From positions 68,400-132,399 of the forward strand of contig JARKOQ010000149.1 in the NCBI GenBank assembly GCA_029976005.1: DNA of 64,000 nt. The letters are read 5' to 3'. Shown in pieces: positions 27,458 through 36,872 of the stretch (the first letter of the stretch is position 1; each line of letters starts with the position of its first letter). The position numbers and the translations under genes are program-made. The notes below the pieces were generated by a model that saw nothing but the letters and a program-made list of their open reading frames with translations, was not told the DNA's origin and did not search any database. This DNA is from Aggregatilineales bacterium. Its GTDB lineage: Bacteria > Chloroflexota > Anaerolineae > Aggregatilineales > Ch27.

Positions 27458-29379
27458 GCCTCACTCCGTTCCCAGAACCCGCCAATCTCCCCCGCGAAGG
27501 CCGCGAACTCCTCCTCCATCCGGCGCAAATCCCCCGCCAACTCGGCCTGCCGGGCCGTCTGCGCGGCGATCAGGCGCGTGAAGGGCGCGGCGACGTCCTG
27601 ACGCATCCGAACGCCGGCGTTGATCTGTTCCGCCGCGGCTTCCCTGACGATCGCCTGATAGCGCTGCCCCAGTTCGAACATCCGCCGGGAAAAGGCCCTG
27701 GCGATCTGGTTGCCTCGGAAGGCCATCAGCGCCACGCCGATCAACATCAGGCCAAGCGCCCCCATCACCAGCAAGATCGGAATGCCCACGTTCGACCAGT
27801 CGACCGCCAGCGTGCCCAGCAGCACGATCGCCACCACCACCGCCAGTTCCCAACCGGCCAGCAGCACCAGGCTGTTGCGCACCGCCTGGTCGAGCCGGCC
27901 CGGCTCGACCTTGCGCGCCTCGCGCTCGACCTCGTCCAGATCGGTCCGAATCCGGCGCAGCGGCTCCCGGTTGTAGCTGACCGGCGGGCGCACCTCGCCG
28001 ATGACTCTGTCCTGCAAGGGCTGCGGCAGGGCCTTGATCGCCTGAGTGGTATGGGCCGCCAGATCGTCGAGGTCCTGCATGTCGCGGCCTTCGATGCGCG
28101 GGCCGAGATCGGCCACGATCTTCGCCAGCTCGTCCAGCGGCCGCATAACCTCGCGCCCGTCGAAAGCGGTCTGGGCGCGCGAGGGGCGGCCAAGCCCGCG
28201 CGCGATCCGGGCCAGTCCCAGCAGTTCGCCCAGGCCCGCCGTGAACTGCCCCAAGGCCCGCGTGGGCTGGAAGAGTTCCCGGATCGCATCCTCGCCGCGC
28301 ATGGAGGCCTCGGCGAAGACCGCCGCCACCTGGCTCATAGATGCCTCCACCAGGGTTTCCTGCTGCTGGCGGGCCACGACAATCTGGGCGTCGATGTTCT
28401 CCTGCACGCTGCGATGGCGATCCAGCGCCTGCTGCTGGAGTTTGACTTCGGCCTGCGCCCTGGTGAGGACGTTCCGGGCGATTTGCAGCGGGGTCTGGAG
28501 CTTCTGGCGCAGCCGTTCCCGATCGTCCAGCGCCCCGACCAGGTACTCCTCGAACGCGGCCATGCCGCTCGCCTGCCAGGCGACGGCATCAGGCGGGTTG
28601 GACCGGCGAGCGGCCAGACCTTGCCGCGCGGACACCAGGAACACATCCGGCTCCGCCCCCAGGTGCAGGCTGGACTGCTCCACGACGAAATCACGAACGG
28701 TCGCGCGCTGCTCGTCATCCAGCAGATCGACCTGGTTGACCACGACCAGCACGTGCTTGCCGTAGGACTTGAGCGTCTCCAGATACTTGAGGTTGCTGGC
28801 GGAAAGGGCCTGCGTTGCCAGCATGACCAGCACCACCCAGTCCGAGCGATGCAGGAAGGAGTCCGTGCGCTCGCTGTGCTGGGCGAAGACCGACTCGAGG
28901 CCGGGGGTATCCACCAGGCTGATCTGGCGCAGCAGGGGCGCGGGGTGGAAGATGGTCTCGACCCCATCCTGAGCGCCCGCCTTCTCGAAGGCGTCCCCGT
29001 GGCGGAGGATCGCCACCTGGCTGGTGGTCGGCACCGGCCCGGTGACGAGCACTTCGTCGCCCAGCAGAGCGTTGATCAGGCTGGACTTCCCTACCCCGAA
29101 CGGCCCGATCAGGGCCAGCAGAAAAGGATGGTCGGAGTGAAAAACGGCGTCCCGCGCCTGGGCTATCGCCGCCGGCTCCAGCCCATCGACTCGCGGCAGG
29201 GTATCCACCAGGCGCAGCAAGGCAGTATTTTCCCGGCGGCGCAGTTCGTCGTACGCGACCAGAATATCCGGAGTGGGTGAAAACAATTTGCCAATCACAC
29301 TCACCACCATGAACCATAAGGCCAGACGCCCAGGATTATACCACCCGGCCGAACCGCGCAGAGACTCTTCAAACTGCAA
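27454..29379 (-). CDS. Bacterial dynamin-like GTPase (upstream member of pair; start uncertain)
   Basis: G1 GPFGVGKSSLINALL, G2 VPTT, G3 LVDTPG, G4 VNQVD. Hydrophobic hairpin near aa 505-560. Start is either TTG 29379 (10 nt after the ferredoxin stop) or ATG 29310. Confidence 0.85.
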   Translation of the reverse strand: MQFEESLRGSAGWYNPGRLALWFMVVSVIGKLFSPTPDILVAYDELRRRENTALLRLVDTLPRVDGLEPAAIAQARDAVFHSDHPFLLALIGPFGVGKSSLINALLGDEVLVTGPVPTTSQVAILRHGDAFEKAGAQDGVETIFHPAPLLRQISLVDTPGLESVFAQHSERTDSFLHRSDWVVLVMLATQALSASNLKYLETLKSYGKHVLVVVNQVDLLDDEQRATVRDFVVEQSSLHLGAEPDVFLVSARQGLAARRSNPPDAVAWQASGMAAFEEYLVGALDDRERLRQKLQTPLQIARNVLTRAQAEVKLQQQALDRHRSVQENIDAQIVVARQQQETLVEASMSQVAAVFAEASMRGEDAIRELFQPTRALGQFTAGLGELLGLARIARGLGRPSRAQTAFDGREVMRPLDELAKIVADLGPRIEGRDMQDLDDLAAHTTQAIKALPQPLQDRVIGEVRPPVSYNREPLRRIRTDLDEVEREARKVEPGRLDQAVRNSLVLLAGWELAVVVAIVLLGTLAVDWSNVGIPILLVMGALGLMLIGVALMAFRGNQIARAFSRRMFELGQRYQAIVREAAAEQINAGVRMRQDVAAPFTRLIAAQTARQAELAGDLRRMEEEFAAFAGEIGGFWERSEA

Positions 29380-29388
29380 GAATGGGGG

Positions 29389-29640
29389 TTACTTTACCCG
29401 GCCGTAATATGCATAGTTGGCGTGAATGTCCGCAAGCAGGAAATCCGGCACCTCAGCCTCCGGCCAGATGGCGTTGTATGGACAGGCAAGCCGGCACAAC
29501 CCGCAGTCGATGCACGCCAGCGGATCAATATAGTAATACGGCCATTCGTCCGGCGGGTTGCCCGCCTGGATGCAGCCAACCGGGCAGACCTCGGCGCACC
29601 CGCCGTGCCGGTTGCACAAGCCGGTGATAACGTGGGTCAT
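29389..29640 (-). CDS. 7Fe-type ([3Fe-4S][4Fe-4S]) ferredoxin-like protein
   Basis: Cys pattern C9-x5-C15-x3-C19P...C43-x2-C46-x2-C49-x3-C53P parallels FdxA-type ferredoxins. The ATG overlaps the upstream stop (ATGA). Confidence 0.85.
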   Translation of the reverse strand: MTHVITGLCNRHGGCAEVCPVGCIQAGNPPDEWPYYYIDPLACIDCGLCRLACPYNAIWPEAEVPDFLLADIHANYAYYGRVK

Positions 29641-31031
29641 CCCCCACCGCCGGCCAGGAAATCACTCAGGGGACGGTTCTGGGGGCCGCTTACCACATGG
29701 CGATCGACCAGTTCGCGCGTCCCCGCCACGTTGAGCTGATTGAACAGGAACGTCAGCCGCTGCTGCCATGTCTCGCGAATGTAGCCGCGCACATCCTCCC
29801 CCAAGGCCCACAACTGCTCCTTGAATGGGCCGAGGGCGCGCTTGCGCTCCCGGTAGTAGAACTGCGCCGCCGATTCGTCCGGCCGCCGGCGGCCGGCGTG
29901 CTGGGCATCCAGGTAGGCATACATCTCGCGCCGCAGGCCGTACGGCAGCGCCGGGTGTTCGAACAAACTGTTCTGGAAGTCCGTGGCGAGATGGATCTCG
30001 GCCGTCTGGCTCTGGATGAACTTGTCGAAGGCGCTCGGCGGCAGGGTACTCGCGCCGTGCTGGACGGACCCGGCCAGGCCATACTCGCGCGCCACCTGGG
30101 AGAGGCGCAGCAGCGCGCCGAAATCGAGCGCGATGCTCGCCACCCGCCCATCCGGCAGGAGCAGCCCGCCCTTGAGCGTGCCCGTCTGAACCGTGACCTT
30201 GCTCAGTCCGGGAACATGCTCGCCCAGGCAGCGCTGGAAGCCCTCCAGAAAAGCGCGCAAATCGGCCTCGGTCGAGTTGGCGCTGGCCTGATCGCCGATC
30301 TCGCCGCCGACGCCAATCGTGATCCCTCCCGGTTGGTGGGCGCGGATGAACGCGGTCAGTTCGGCGGTGAGGGTGTAATTGTCGCGCTGCTGGTGACTCG
30401 CGTTTTTGTGGCCCACCTTGACAAGCGTCGACGCGTCCAGGTCGAAGTGGTAGAAGCCCGCCCGGATAGCCTCGACGATCAAGGCCTGGAGGGCCTTCAG
30501 CTCGGAACCCGCGTCACGGTGGTAGGCGTCCGCGACGATCTTGAAGTGGTCGCCCTGAATGAACACCGGGCCGCGATATCCCACCTGGATCGCCCCGGCC
30601 AGAATGCAGGCTGTGTACTCGGCCGGTTCCTGGGAGGTATAGGCCATCTCGGACCGGGCCAGCTCCAGCACGAAGGCCCCCGCGCGCCGGTTGAGCGCCG
30701 CCCCAAAGACGACCTGGGCCATATCATAGGGCAAGGCGCGCATGTTGAACGCGGGCACGGTGAAGGCCGGTTCCACCTCGCCGCGCCCTCGCGCCCTATA
30801 CAGATCGTGGATCGAAGCGGGGAAAATCTCCAGCCCGGCGGCGATGTGCCAGATCAACCAGCGCGCGGTCGCCCGTTCCGGGTCATGGCCAAAGACGGCC
30901 ACCCGTGTCAGATCGTCCAGGACCGGCCCGCGCAGTGCTTCAATCCGGCTCACGAGCAGCCGGGGGTACTCCTCCAGCAAGGCACTCCCGACCAGCGGAG
31001 CCAGGAGATCATCCAACGCCCTGACCAGCAT
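29637..31031 (-). CDS. Class II ketose/fructose-bisphosphate aldolase family protein (long form)
   Basis: GGAGGAG lies 6 nt before ATG 31031. Motifs FTVPAFN, FIQGDHF (LHLDH-like), FDLDAS, GGEIGD and VQHGASTLP follow the order of PF01116 motifs. Family-level call only. Confidence 0.6.
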   Translation of the reverse strand: MLVRALDDLLAPLVGSALLEEYPRLLVSRIEALRGPVLDDLTRVAVFGHDPERATARWLIWHIAAGLEIFPASIHDLYRARGRGEVEPAFTVPAFNMRALPYDMAQVVFGAALNRRAGAFVLELARSEMAYTSQEPAEYTACILAGAIQVGYRGPVFIQGDHFKIVADAYHRDAGSELKALQALIVEAIRAGFYHFDLDASTLVKVGHKNASHQQRDNYTLTAELTAFIRAHQPGGITIGVGGEIGDQASANSTEADLRAFLEGFQRCLGEHVPGLSKVTVQTGTLKGGLLLPDGRVASIALDFGALLRLSQVAREYGLAGSVQHGASTLPPSAFDKFIQSQTAEIHLATDFQNSLFEHPALPYGLRREMYAYLDAQHAGRRRPDESAAQFYYRERKRALGPFKEQLWALGEDVRGYIRETWQQRLTFLFNQLNVAGTRELVDRHVVSGPQNRPLSDFLAGGGG

Positions 31032-31242
31032 CACGCACTCCTCCAGGCCCGGCCGCTCAAAATGCAACCGGAACACTCGTAATCCTATTCTACTCGATCG
31101 GCGCGCTCATTGAGTATTTTGTACCAAAACCCTTGTTTTTCATGTGGCCTGTTTGTGGTAGTATGTATCTGGCCTCACAGACGATCGTGGTCAGATCACA
31201 CAGAAATTGCGCAGTTTCATATGTGTTCAAGGAGAACCCCCT

Positions 31243-32394
31243 ATGCGTATTGCAGTGTTGACAGGGGGAGGTGACGTTCCAGGCCTCAACCCTGCAATCA
31301 AAGCTATCGTCAATCGCGCGATTGACAACGGCTACGAAGTCCTCGGCATTCGCCGGGGCTGGGCCGGTTTGCTGGAATACAATCTGGAGGACGACCGCGA
31401 CAACTGGCGCTGCGTGATTCCGCTGGACAAGCAGGCCGTTCGCCGCGTCGACCGTTCCGGCGGCACCTTCCTGCACACCTCGCGTACCAATCCGGGCCGT
31501 GTCAAGCCCAAGGACATCCCTGATCTGCTGCGCGAAGAAGGCAAGGAATATACCGACATCCAGGACTTTACGCCGCACGTGCTGAAGGTCATCGAGAAGC
31601 TCGGCATCGACTGCCTGCTCCCGATCGGCGGCGACGACACCCTGAGCTACGGCGAGCGCATGCACAACGAAGGCTGCCGGGTGATCGCCATCCCCAAGAC
31701 GATGGACAACGACGTCTACGGGACGGACTACTGCATCGGCTTCTCGACCGCCGTCACGCGCAGCGTCGAGTTCATCCACAACCTGCGCACGTCCGCCGGC
31801 TCGCACGAGCGGATCGCCGTGGTGGAGCTGTTCGGCCGCAACTCCGGCGAAACCTCGCTGATTTCGGCCTATCTGGCGGGCGTCGATCGCGCCCTGATCT
31901 CCGAAGTCCAGTTTGACGTGGAGAAACTTGCCGAACTCGTCCTCCGTGACAAGCTGGATAACCCCAGCAACTACGCCATGGTGACGGTCTCGGAAGGCGC
32001 TTCTCCGATCGGCGGCATGGTCATGGAGCGCGGCGAAGCCGACGCCTACGGCCACCGCAAGCTGGGCGGCATCGGCGAATGGCTGGGGGAGAAGCTGGAA
32101 GAACTGACCGGCAAGCGCATCCTCTACCAGCAGATCGGCTACCTGATGCGCAGTGGCGTGCCAGACTCGCTCGACCTGATGGTCGCCGCCAACTACGCCC
32201 AGATGGCGATGGGCCTGGTGGAACGCGGCGAGTCGGGCCGGTTGGTCTGTCTGCAACGCGGCGTGTACAGCGACATCCCGATTTCGACCCTGTCCCAGGG
32301 CAAGAAGCGCGTCAACGTGCCCGAACTGTACGACGCCGACCAGTATGTCCCCAAGGTGCGGCATGTCTTCGGCATGCCGATGTTCCTGACCTAG
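31243..32394 (+). CDS. 6-phosphofructokinase, PPi-dependent-type signature
   Basis: AAGGAG lies 8 nt before ATG 31243. Motifs [23 protein letters not shown] (Asp where ATP-PFKs have Gly104), PKTMDND (Lys where ATP-PFKs have Gly124) and MGR-like VELFGRNSG. Confidence 0.9.
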   Translation: MRIAVLTGGGDVPGLNPAIKAIVNRAIDNGYEVLGIRRGWAGLLEYNLEDDRDNWRCVIPLDKQAVRRVDRSGGTFLHTSRTNPGRVKPKDIPDLLREEGKEYTDIQDFTPHVLKVIEKLGIDCLLPIGGDDTLSYGERMHNEGCRVIAIPKTMDNDVYGTDYCIGFSTAVTRSVEFIHNLRTSAGSHERIAVVELFGRNSGETSLISAYLAGVDRALISEVQFDVEKLAELVLRDKLDNPSNYAMVTVSEGASPIGGMVMERGEADAYGHRKLGGIGEWLGEKLEELTGKRILYQQIGYLMRSGVPDSLDLMVAANYAQMAMGLVERGESGRLVCLQRGVYSDIPISTLSQGKKRVNVPELYDADQYVPKVRHVFGMPMFLT

Positions 32395-32417
32395 ATTTCA
32401 TCCCTGCCACACAGCAA

Positions 32418-32451
32418 AACAGGGGCGGCCTTGGCCGTCCCTGTTGTTTTT
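32418..32451 (+). terminator. Intrinsic terminator after pfk
   Basis: AACAGGGGCGG...CCGTCCCTGTT hairpin followed by GTTTTT. Confidence 0.65.
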
Positions 32452-32467
32452 CCGCCAAACGCCCGGC

Positions 32468-34030
32468 TCAGACCTTCTTGGTGACCTTGAACTGGATCGG
32501 CATGCCCAGCATCAACTGGGTCTGGGCCTGGATGGTCGGGATCGCCAGGATAACGAGCAGCAGGAAGGGCAGCAGCGGGAAGCTGAACACCGTCATCAGC
32601 ACCTCGCGCGCCGTCCAGGGCCGGGGTCGGGGAGGCCGGATGCGCATGTCCAGCAGCCAGAACACGAAGCCCAGGATCGACACGATCGCCAGCGAAATCT
32701 GCAGCAGCAAGAACGGCGCGGTATTCCATTCGGTGAAGAACAGGGTGGGATACAACACCTGCACGACCATCGGCCCCAGGGTCATGATCACCCACCCGGC
32801 CCCGGCCAGGATGATGTCGTGCGCCACCCGAAAGAAGAGCCGCAGCCCGCGCTTGATCTCCATCTCCGGATGCTCGATGATCCGGGCCAGGGCATAACCG
32901 ACTTCCTTCGAGCCCCAGGCGTGACGCAGCGATTGCTGGTAGCGGTTCTTGATGCTGTCCCAGAAGCCGTTGCCGGTGGTCGCCTCTCCGTAGAACGGCA
33001 GGTAGACCCGCTCCAATCGAATCTTCCCGTCGCGCTGAAAGAACGCCTTGATGAACATGTGCCATTCGTCGGCGATCACGTCCGAGTCCCAGTAGCCCAC
33101 GCTGTCCAGCAGGCGCAGACTCAGCGCGTAGGACGACATTGGCAGGGGAAACCAGCCCGGCGCGGAGAGGTAAGCCAGCTCCCAGGCCGAAGAATAGGCG
33201 TGCACCAGGGCGATGGTCGGCGCGACATCCCAGATGTTGCCATGATAGCGAATGGGGGCTTGCCAGAAGCGCCGATAGCGATCCGGCTGGAGGGCGAACA
33301 GGGTCGTCAGACAGGCGAAATGGGCGGGATGCCAGCCCGTGTCGGCGTCCATCGTCGTGACCAGAATATGATCGATGTTGTACCCCTTTTCATCGACCAG
33401 CTTGCGCTTGATCCAGCGCGCCGCCCAGGCTTCGTTGGCGGACTTGCACTGCATCTCTCCAGGCAGTCCTTTGGGGTGAATCGTGAAGTAGATGTGCCGG
33501 AACCGCGTCCGGTATTCGTCACGCAGGTGCTCGGCCACCGGTTGGGCGTTCGGATCGGCGGCTTCCATCGCCAGCACGATCGCCATCTGGCTCGCCGCGT
33601 TCTCCTGGCGCGCCAGCGAATCCAGCGTCCGACACAGAACCTGTACCGGTTCCTTGTAGGCCGCGATGATCACGACATGCAGCACATCCTCCCGGCGCAG
33701 GCTGTCCGGCCCGGCCCGGCGCGCGTATTCCGCCCGCCAGTCGATCCCTTCCCAATGCCGGATACGGCGCAGACCGACGAAATTGGCGGCCGCGCCCACC
33801 GCGAAGCGCAGGGCGGAATAGAAGCCCACGATCGCGGCAATCGTCACCACCAATCGCGGCCGCAGCACGGCCCCGGCCACGGTCAGCAGCAGGGCAATCC
33901 AGGCCAGAAAGCCGGGAATACCATCCAAGATCTGTTCGGGAATGGCCGGAGGTGGCGCGCCTCCCCAGATCGACCGCCCTACGCCAAACTGAACGCTATT
34001 CCGCCGGGTACCACTGGATCGATAAGGCAT
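32468..34030 (-). CDS. Membrane glycosyltransferase, GT2-like (tentative)
   Basis: N- and C-terminal TM helices flank a soluble domain with VVIIAAYKEP (GT-A start), TTMDADT (DxD) and VIADEWHMF. The family call is weak. Confidence 0.5.
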   Translation of the reverse strand: MPYRSSGTRRNSVQFGVGRSIWGGAPPPAIPEQILDGIPGFLAWIALLLTVAGAVLRPRLVVTIAAIVGFYSALRFAVGAAANFVGLRRIRHWEGIDWRAEYARRAGPDSLRREDVLHVVIIAAYKEPVQVLCRTLDSLARQENAASQMAIVLAMEAADPNAQPVAEHLRDEYRTRFRHIYFTIHPKGLPGEMQCKSANEAWAARWIKRKLVDEKGYNIDHILVTTMDADTGWHPAHFACLTTLFALQPDRYRRFWQAPIRYHGNIWDVAPTIALVHAYSSAWELAYLSAPGWFPLPMSSYALSLRLLDSVGYWDSDVIADEWHMFIKAFFQRDGKIRLERVYLPFYGEATTGNGFWDSIKNRYQQSLRHAWGSKEVGYALARIIEHPEMEIKRGLRLFFRVAHDIILAGAGWVIMTLGPMVVQVLYPTLFFTEWNTAPFLLLQISLAIVSILGFVFWLLDMRIRPPRPRPWTAREVLMTVFSFPLLPFLLLVILAIPTIQAQTQLMLGMPIQFKVTKKV

Positions 34031-34142
34031 GCGAAGTTGTCTTCCAGATACAGCGTCGTTGCATCAGCGCAATACGCCCCAAAGCGATGCGCCGCCACAC
34101 GATCACGGCGCTGCTGCTCAGGCAAGGCCCGGCGAGATCGCC

Positions 34143-36818
34143 CTATTCCTGGACGCGCAGAATCAGCCGCGGTTCCACGAACGTCACGTCGTCGATCAGG
34201 CCGTTGTTGTCCTCGGTGGAGAACGCCAGCCGGAACTGGACCGAGCGCGCGCCCGCATCCAGCAGGCCGCGCACCAGTACCGTCACGTCCACCGGTTCGG
34301 CCGGGCAGGTCCGGACTGCGCCAACTACCTGCGCGGAATCCAGCGGCCCGAAGTCGCTGGCGTCGAGCCGGTCGTAGGTCAGGCTTTCGATGGCCAGATC
34401 GCCGAGCGTGACAAACGGCCGTCCGTTGGTCGTGCACTCGCCCGGCAGGAGCGTCGCCCGGCCCAACCCGCCGGACGTTATACCTTCCGGCAGGTCAAAG
34501 GTCAAGAAGGCCTGGTAGAGCGCGTTGCGCACATCATCTCCCGGAAAGAGATCGGGGTACTGGCGGCCCAGTTCGCTCAACGAGCCGCTATTCTCCCGCA
34601 CCAGCACCGCTTCGATCTCGGTCCCGGCCGACCCGGCCCCCGCCAGATCGAGATGGAGCGCAAACGCCCCGCTGGAACTCCCCTGGGCTTCCTGGAAGCG
34701 CGTCGCCACGATGGTATACACGCCGGTCGCGGGCAGCCTGAACCCCAGGATGGCCGAGTCGGTGGCCGAAGCGCCGCCGGTCACCGCGTCGTCATTCGAG
34801 GCAAGCGGGTTGCCGTTTGAGTCAAACAGGTACAGGTAGGTATCCAGTGTATCGGTCAGATTCCTGCGCTGGAGGGTGATGTCGACCGCCTGACCGGCCT
34901 GCCCCGCAAACTCGTATTCCAGGCGCGGCGTCGTATCATCGATGGTGCCTTCGACGGTCGCGCCATAGGTCAGCCTCTCGCGGCCGGCGGCCGGCGTAGG
35001 CAGCGCCTCCGGCTCGATTCGCTCGACGATCAACTCGAACTCGCCCTGGGTCGTGCCCTGCTCCGCCTGGAAGCGCGACACCCGCAGCACATAGACGCCG
35101 CTCGCCTCCAGCTCGAACTGGTCGATATGGGAGTCGGTCGCCACATTGCCGCCCGCCGCATCATCATTCTGCGCCAGAACAGCGCCGTTCAGATCCAGCA
35201 GTTCGAGCGCGGTATCCAGGTCGCCGCCGAGCCGGTTGGCGCGAATGCTGACCCGGTCGCCCTGCCCGCCGTGGAACCCATAGTCCCGGACCGGATGGAC
35301 GTCGTCCAGCATGCCGGTGATCCGGTCGCCGTACAGCAGGACGCGATCCTGCTCCGAGGCCAGGGCCGGATCGTTGCCATCCCGCGTGAGGGTGATCTCG
35401 TAGACGCCCGACGAAGACCCCGCCGCCCCACCCGACCGGCCCGCCAGAAGGGTGTACGATCCGGTGTCCGGCAGTTGGAACTGGCGAATCGCGGCATCTT
35501 CGGGCGGCTCGCCTTCCGCATCGTCGTTAAACGCCAGTCCGCGATTGCCCACCCCCAGCAGCACCAGGCGCGCGTCGAGATCGCCGCTCGTCCGCCGCAT
35601 CGTGATCGTGATCACGTCGTTGCGCGCCCCGAAGAAGGTATAGCGCGTCTCCGGCTGGGCGTCGGTCACCAACCCTCGCGCGGTCGATCCATACGCAATC
35701 GCCGCCCCGCCCGGCCCAGGCAGATCGCTGCCGCGAATCAACAGGGTCAGGGCCAGTTCGTAGGTTCCGCTTGACAAGCCGAACTCGCCCTGGAAGCGCG
35801 TCGCCACGATCGTATAGGTTCCATCCTCCGGCAACGACAGCGCCTCGATCCGGGCGTCGGAGGAGCCGCCGCCGATGTCGTCGTTCTGGGCGACCTCATC
35901 CCCGGCCGCATCCAGCAGGCGCAGCGACGCATCCAGATCGCCCTCAACCCGGCGCAGGTCGACCGTCACCACGTCACCGGCCGCCCCATCGAAGGTGTAG
36001 CGCTGCTCAAAAACGGCATCGTCCAGCCCACCGGTCAGGGTATCGCCATAGGCTACCGCCACAACCTCCGGCGGTGCGGGAGTCGGCGTGATCCCGGCCA
36101 GCGTGACGCTCGCGCCGTCGAACTCGAAGGTGACTTCGTATTGCTGGCCCAGTTCCAGGCTGAACGGCTGCTCCAGCAGGACGGTTTCGCCAAGCTGCAC
36201 GGTCAGCGTCGCCGCCAGCGGCCCGCTATTCCCGCAGGCAGCCTGATAGCGCGCGAACACGGTATAGGTCCCGGTCGGAGCCGTATCGCCCGGCCAGGTG
36301 GCCGCTTCCGAGGCTTCCGGAACGGCCCCGGCGCAGGTCGCATTGGCGTCGCCCAGGAACGTGCCGCCGCTGTCCGCCACGGGCTGGAAGCTGGTCAGCC
36401 GGACACCAGATGGCTCCTGCACGCCCAGGTCGATGTTGCCGGTGGTGGCCCAATGCACCGCGATTGCCAGGGTAGGCGGGACGGCGGTCGCTTCCGGGGT
36501 CTGGGTAGGAGTTGAGGTGGGGGTTTCCGTATCGGTCGGGGTCGCGGTCTCCGTGGCCGTCGGAGTATCCGATGGCACGGGCGTCTCGGTCGCCGTCGCG
36601 GTTTGTGTCAGGGTTGGCGTATCCGATGGAGTCGGCGTCTCGGTCGGCAGCGGCGTGGGCGACGGCCCCTCGGTCGGCGGGATGCGCGTGGGCAGCACCG
36701 CCGCGAGGCGCGGAGTCGGCGTGACCTGGGAAACCGGCCCGCAGGCGGCCAGCAGCCCCATCCCGATCAGGATCATCAGCAGCCCCATCCGCAAGCGCGC
36801 CTGTCCCCTCATGCCCAA
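34143..36818 (-). CDS. Secreted lipoprotein with four tandem PPC (pre-peptidase C-terminal)-like repeats
   Basis: Signal/lipobox LLMILIGMGLLAAC and a Thr/Pro linker. A roughly 110-aa unit occurs four times (YGDTLTG.LDD....YTF.G..GD.V.I...R..GDLD..L.LLD..G..LA.NDD...G...DS.I..F.LP..G.Y.IV..RFQ...G...G.FEL). Confidence 0.75.
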   Translation of the reverse strand: MGMRGQARLRMGLLMILIGMGLLAACGPVSQVTPTPRLAAVLPTRIPPTEGPSPTPLPTETPTPSDTPTLTQTATATETPVPSDTPTATETATPTDTETPTSTPTQTPEATAVPPTLAIAVHWATTGNIDLGVQEPSGVRLTSFQPVADSGGTFLGDANATCAGAVPEASEAATWPGDTAPTGTYTVFARYQAACGNSGPLAATLTVQLGETVLLEQPFSLELGQQYEVTFEFDGASVTLAGITPTPAPPEVVAVAYGDTLTGGLDDAVFEQRYTFDGAAGDVVTVDLRRVEGDLDASLRLLDAAGDEVAQNDDIGGGSSDARIEALSLPEDGTYTIVATRFQGEFGLSSGTYELALTLLIRGSDLPGPGGAAIAYGSTARGLVTDAQPETRYTFFGARNDVITITMRRTSGDLDARLVLLGVGNRGLAFNDDAEGEPPEDAAIRQFQLPDTGSYTLLAGRSGGAAGSSSGVYEITLTRDGNDPALASEQDRVLLYGDRITGMLDDVHPVRDYGFHGGQGDRVSIRANRLGGDLDTALELLDLNGAVLAQNDDAAGGNVATDSHIDQFELEASGVYVLRVSRFQAEQGTTQGEFELIVERIEPEALPTPAAGRERLTYGATVEGTIDDTTPRLEYEFAGQAGQAVDITLQRRNLTDTLDTYLYLFDSNGNPLASNDDAVTGGASATDSAILGFRLPATGVYTIVATRFQEAQGSSSGAFALHLDLAGAGSAGTEIEAVLVRENSGSLSELGRQYPDLFPGDDVRNALYQAFLTFDLPEGITSGGLGRATLLPGECTTNGRPFVTLGDLAIESLTYDRLDASDFGPLDSAQVVGAVRTCPAEPVDVTVLVRGLLDAGARSVQFRLAFSTEDNNGLIDDVTFVEPRLILRVQE

Positions 36819-36872
36819 TCACTCCCTCTACCGATCCGGGTATTCCCCTTGATTGTAGCCTTACCGCCGACT

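Noticed and set aside
25679-29280. Long plus-strand ORFs 25679..27601 (640 aa) and 28051..29280 (409 aa)
   Set aside because: They are antisense to the two dynamin-like genes, which have complete GTPase motifs. The plus-frame products are Arg/Gln/His/Leu-rich with no motifs.
32444-34411. 655-aa plus-strand ORF
   Set aside because: It is antisense to the membrane GT2-like gene and the 3' end of the PPC lipoprotein gene. Its composition is extremely rich in Arg, Pro, Gly and Gln.
36480-36660. Imperfect ~33-nt direct repeats (GTATCCGATGG...GGCGTCTCGGTCG) that could look like a repeat array
   Set aside because: They lie inside the lipoprotein gene and encode its Thr/Pro/Glu/Asp linker (TETPTPSDTPT...). 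Similar coding low-complexity linkers occur at 6490-6600 and 53890-54030. This is neither a CRISPR array nor a non-coding repeat.
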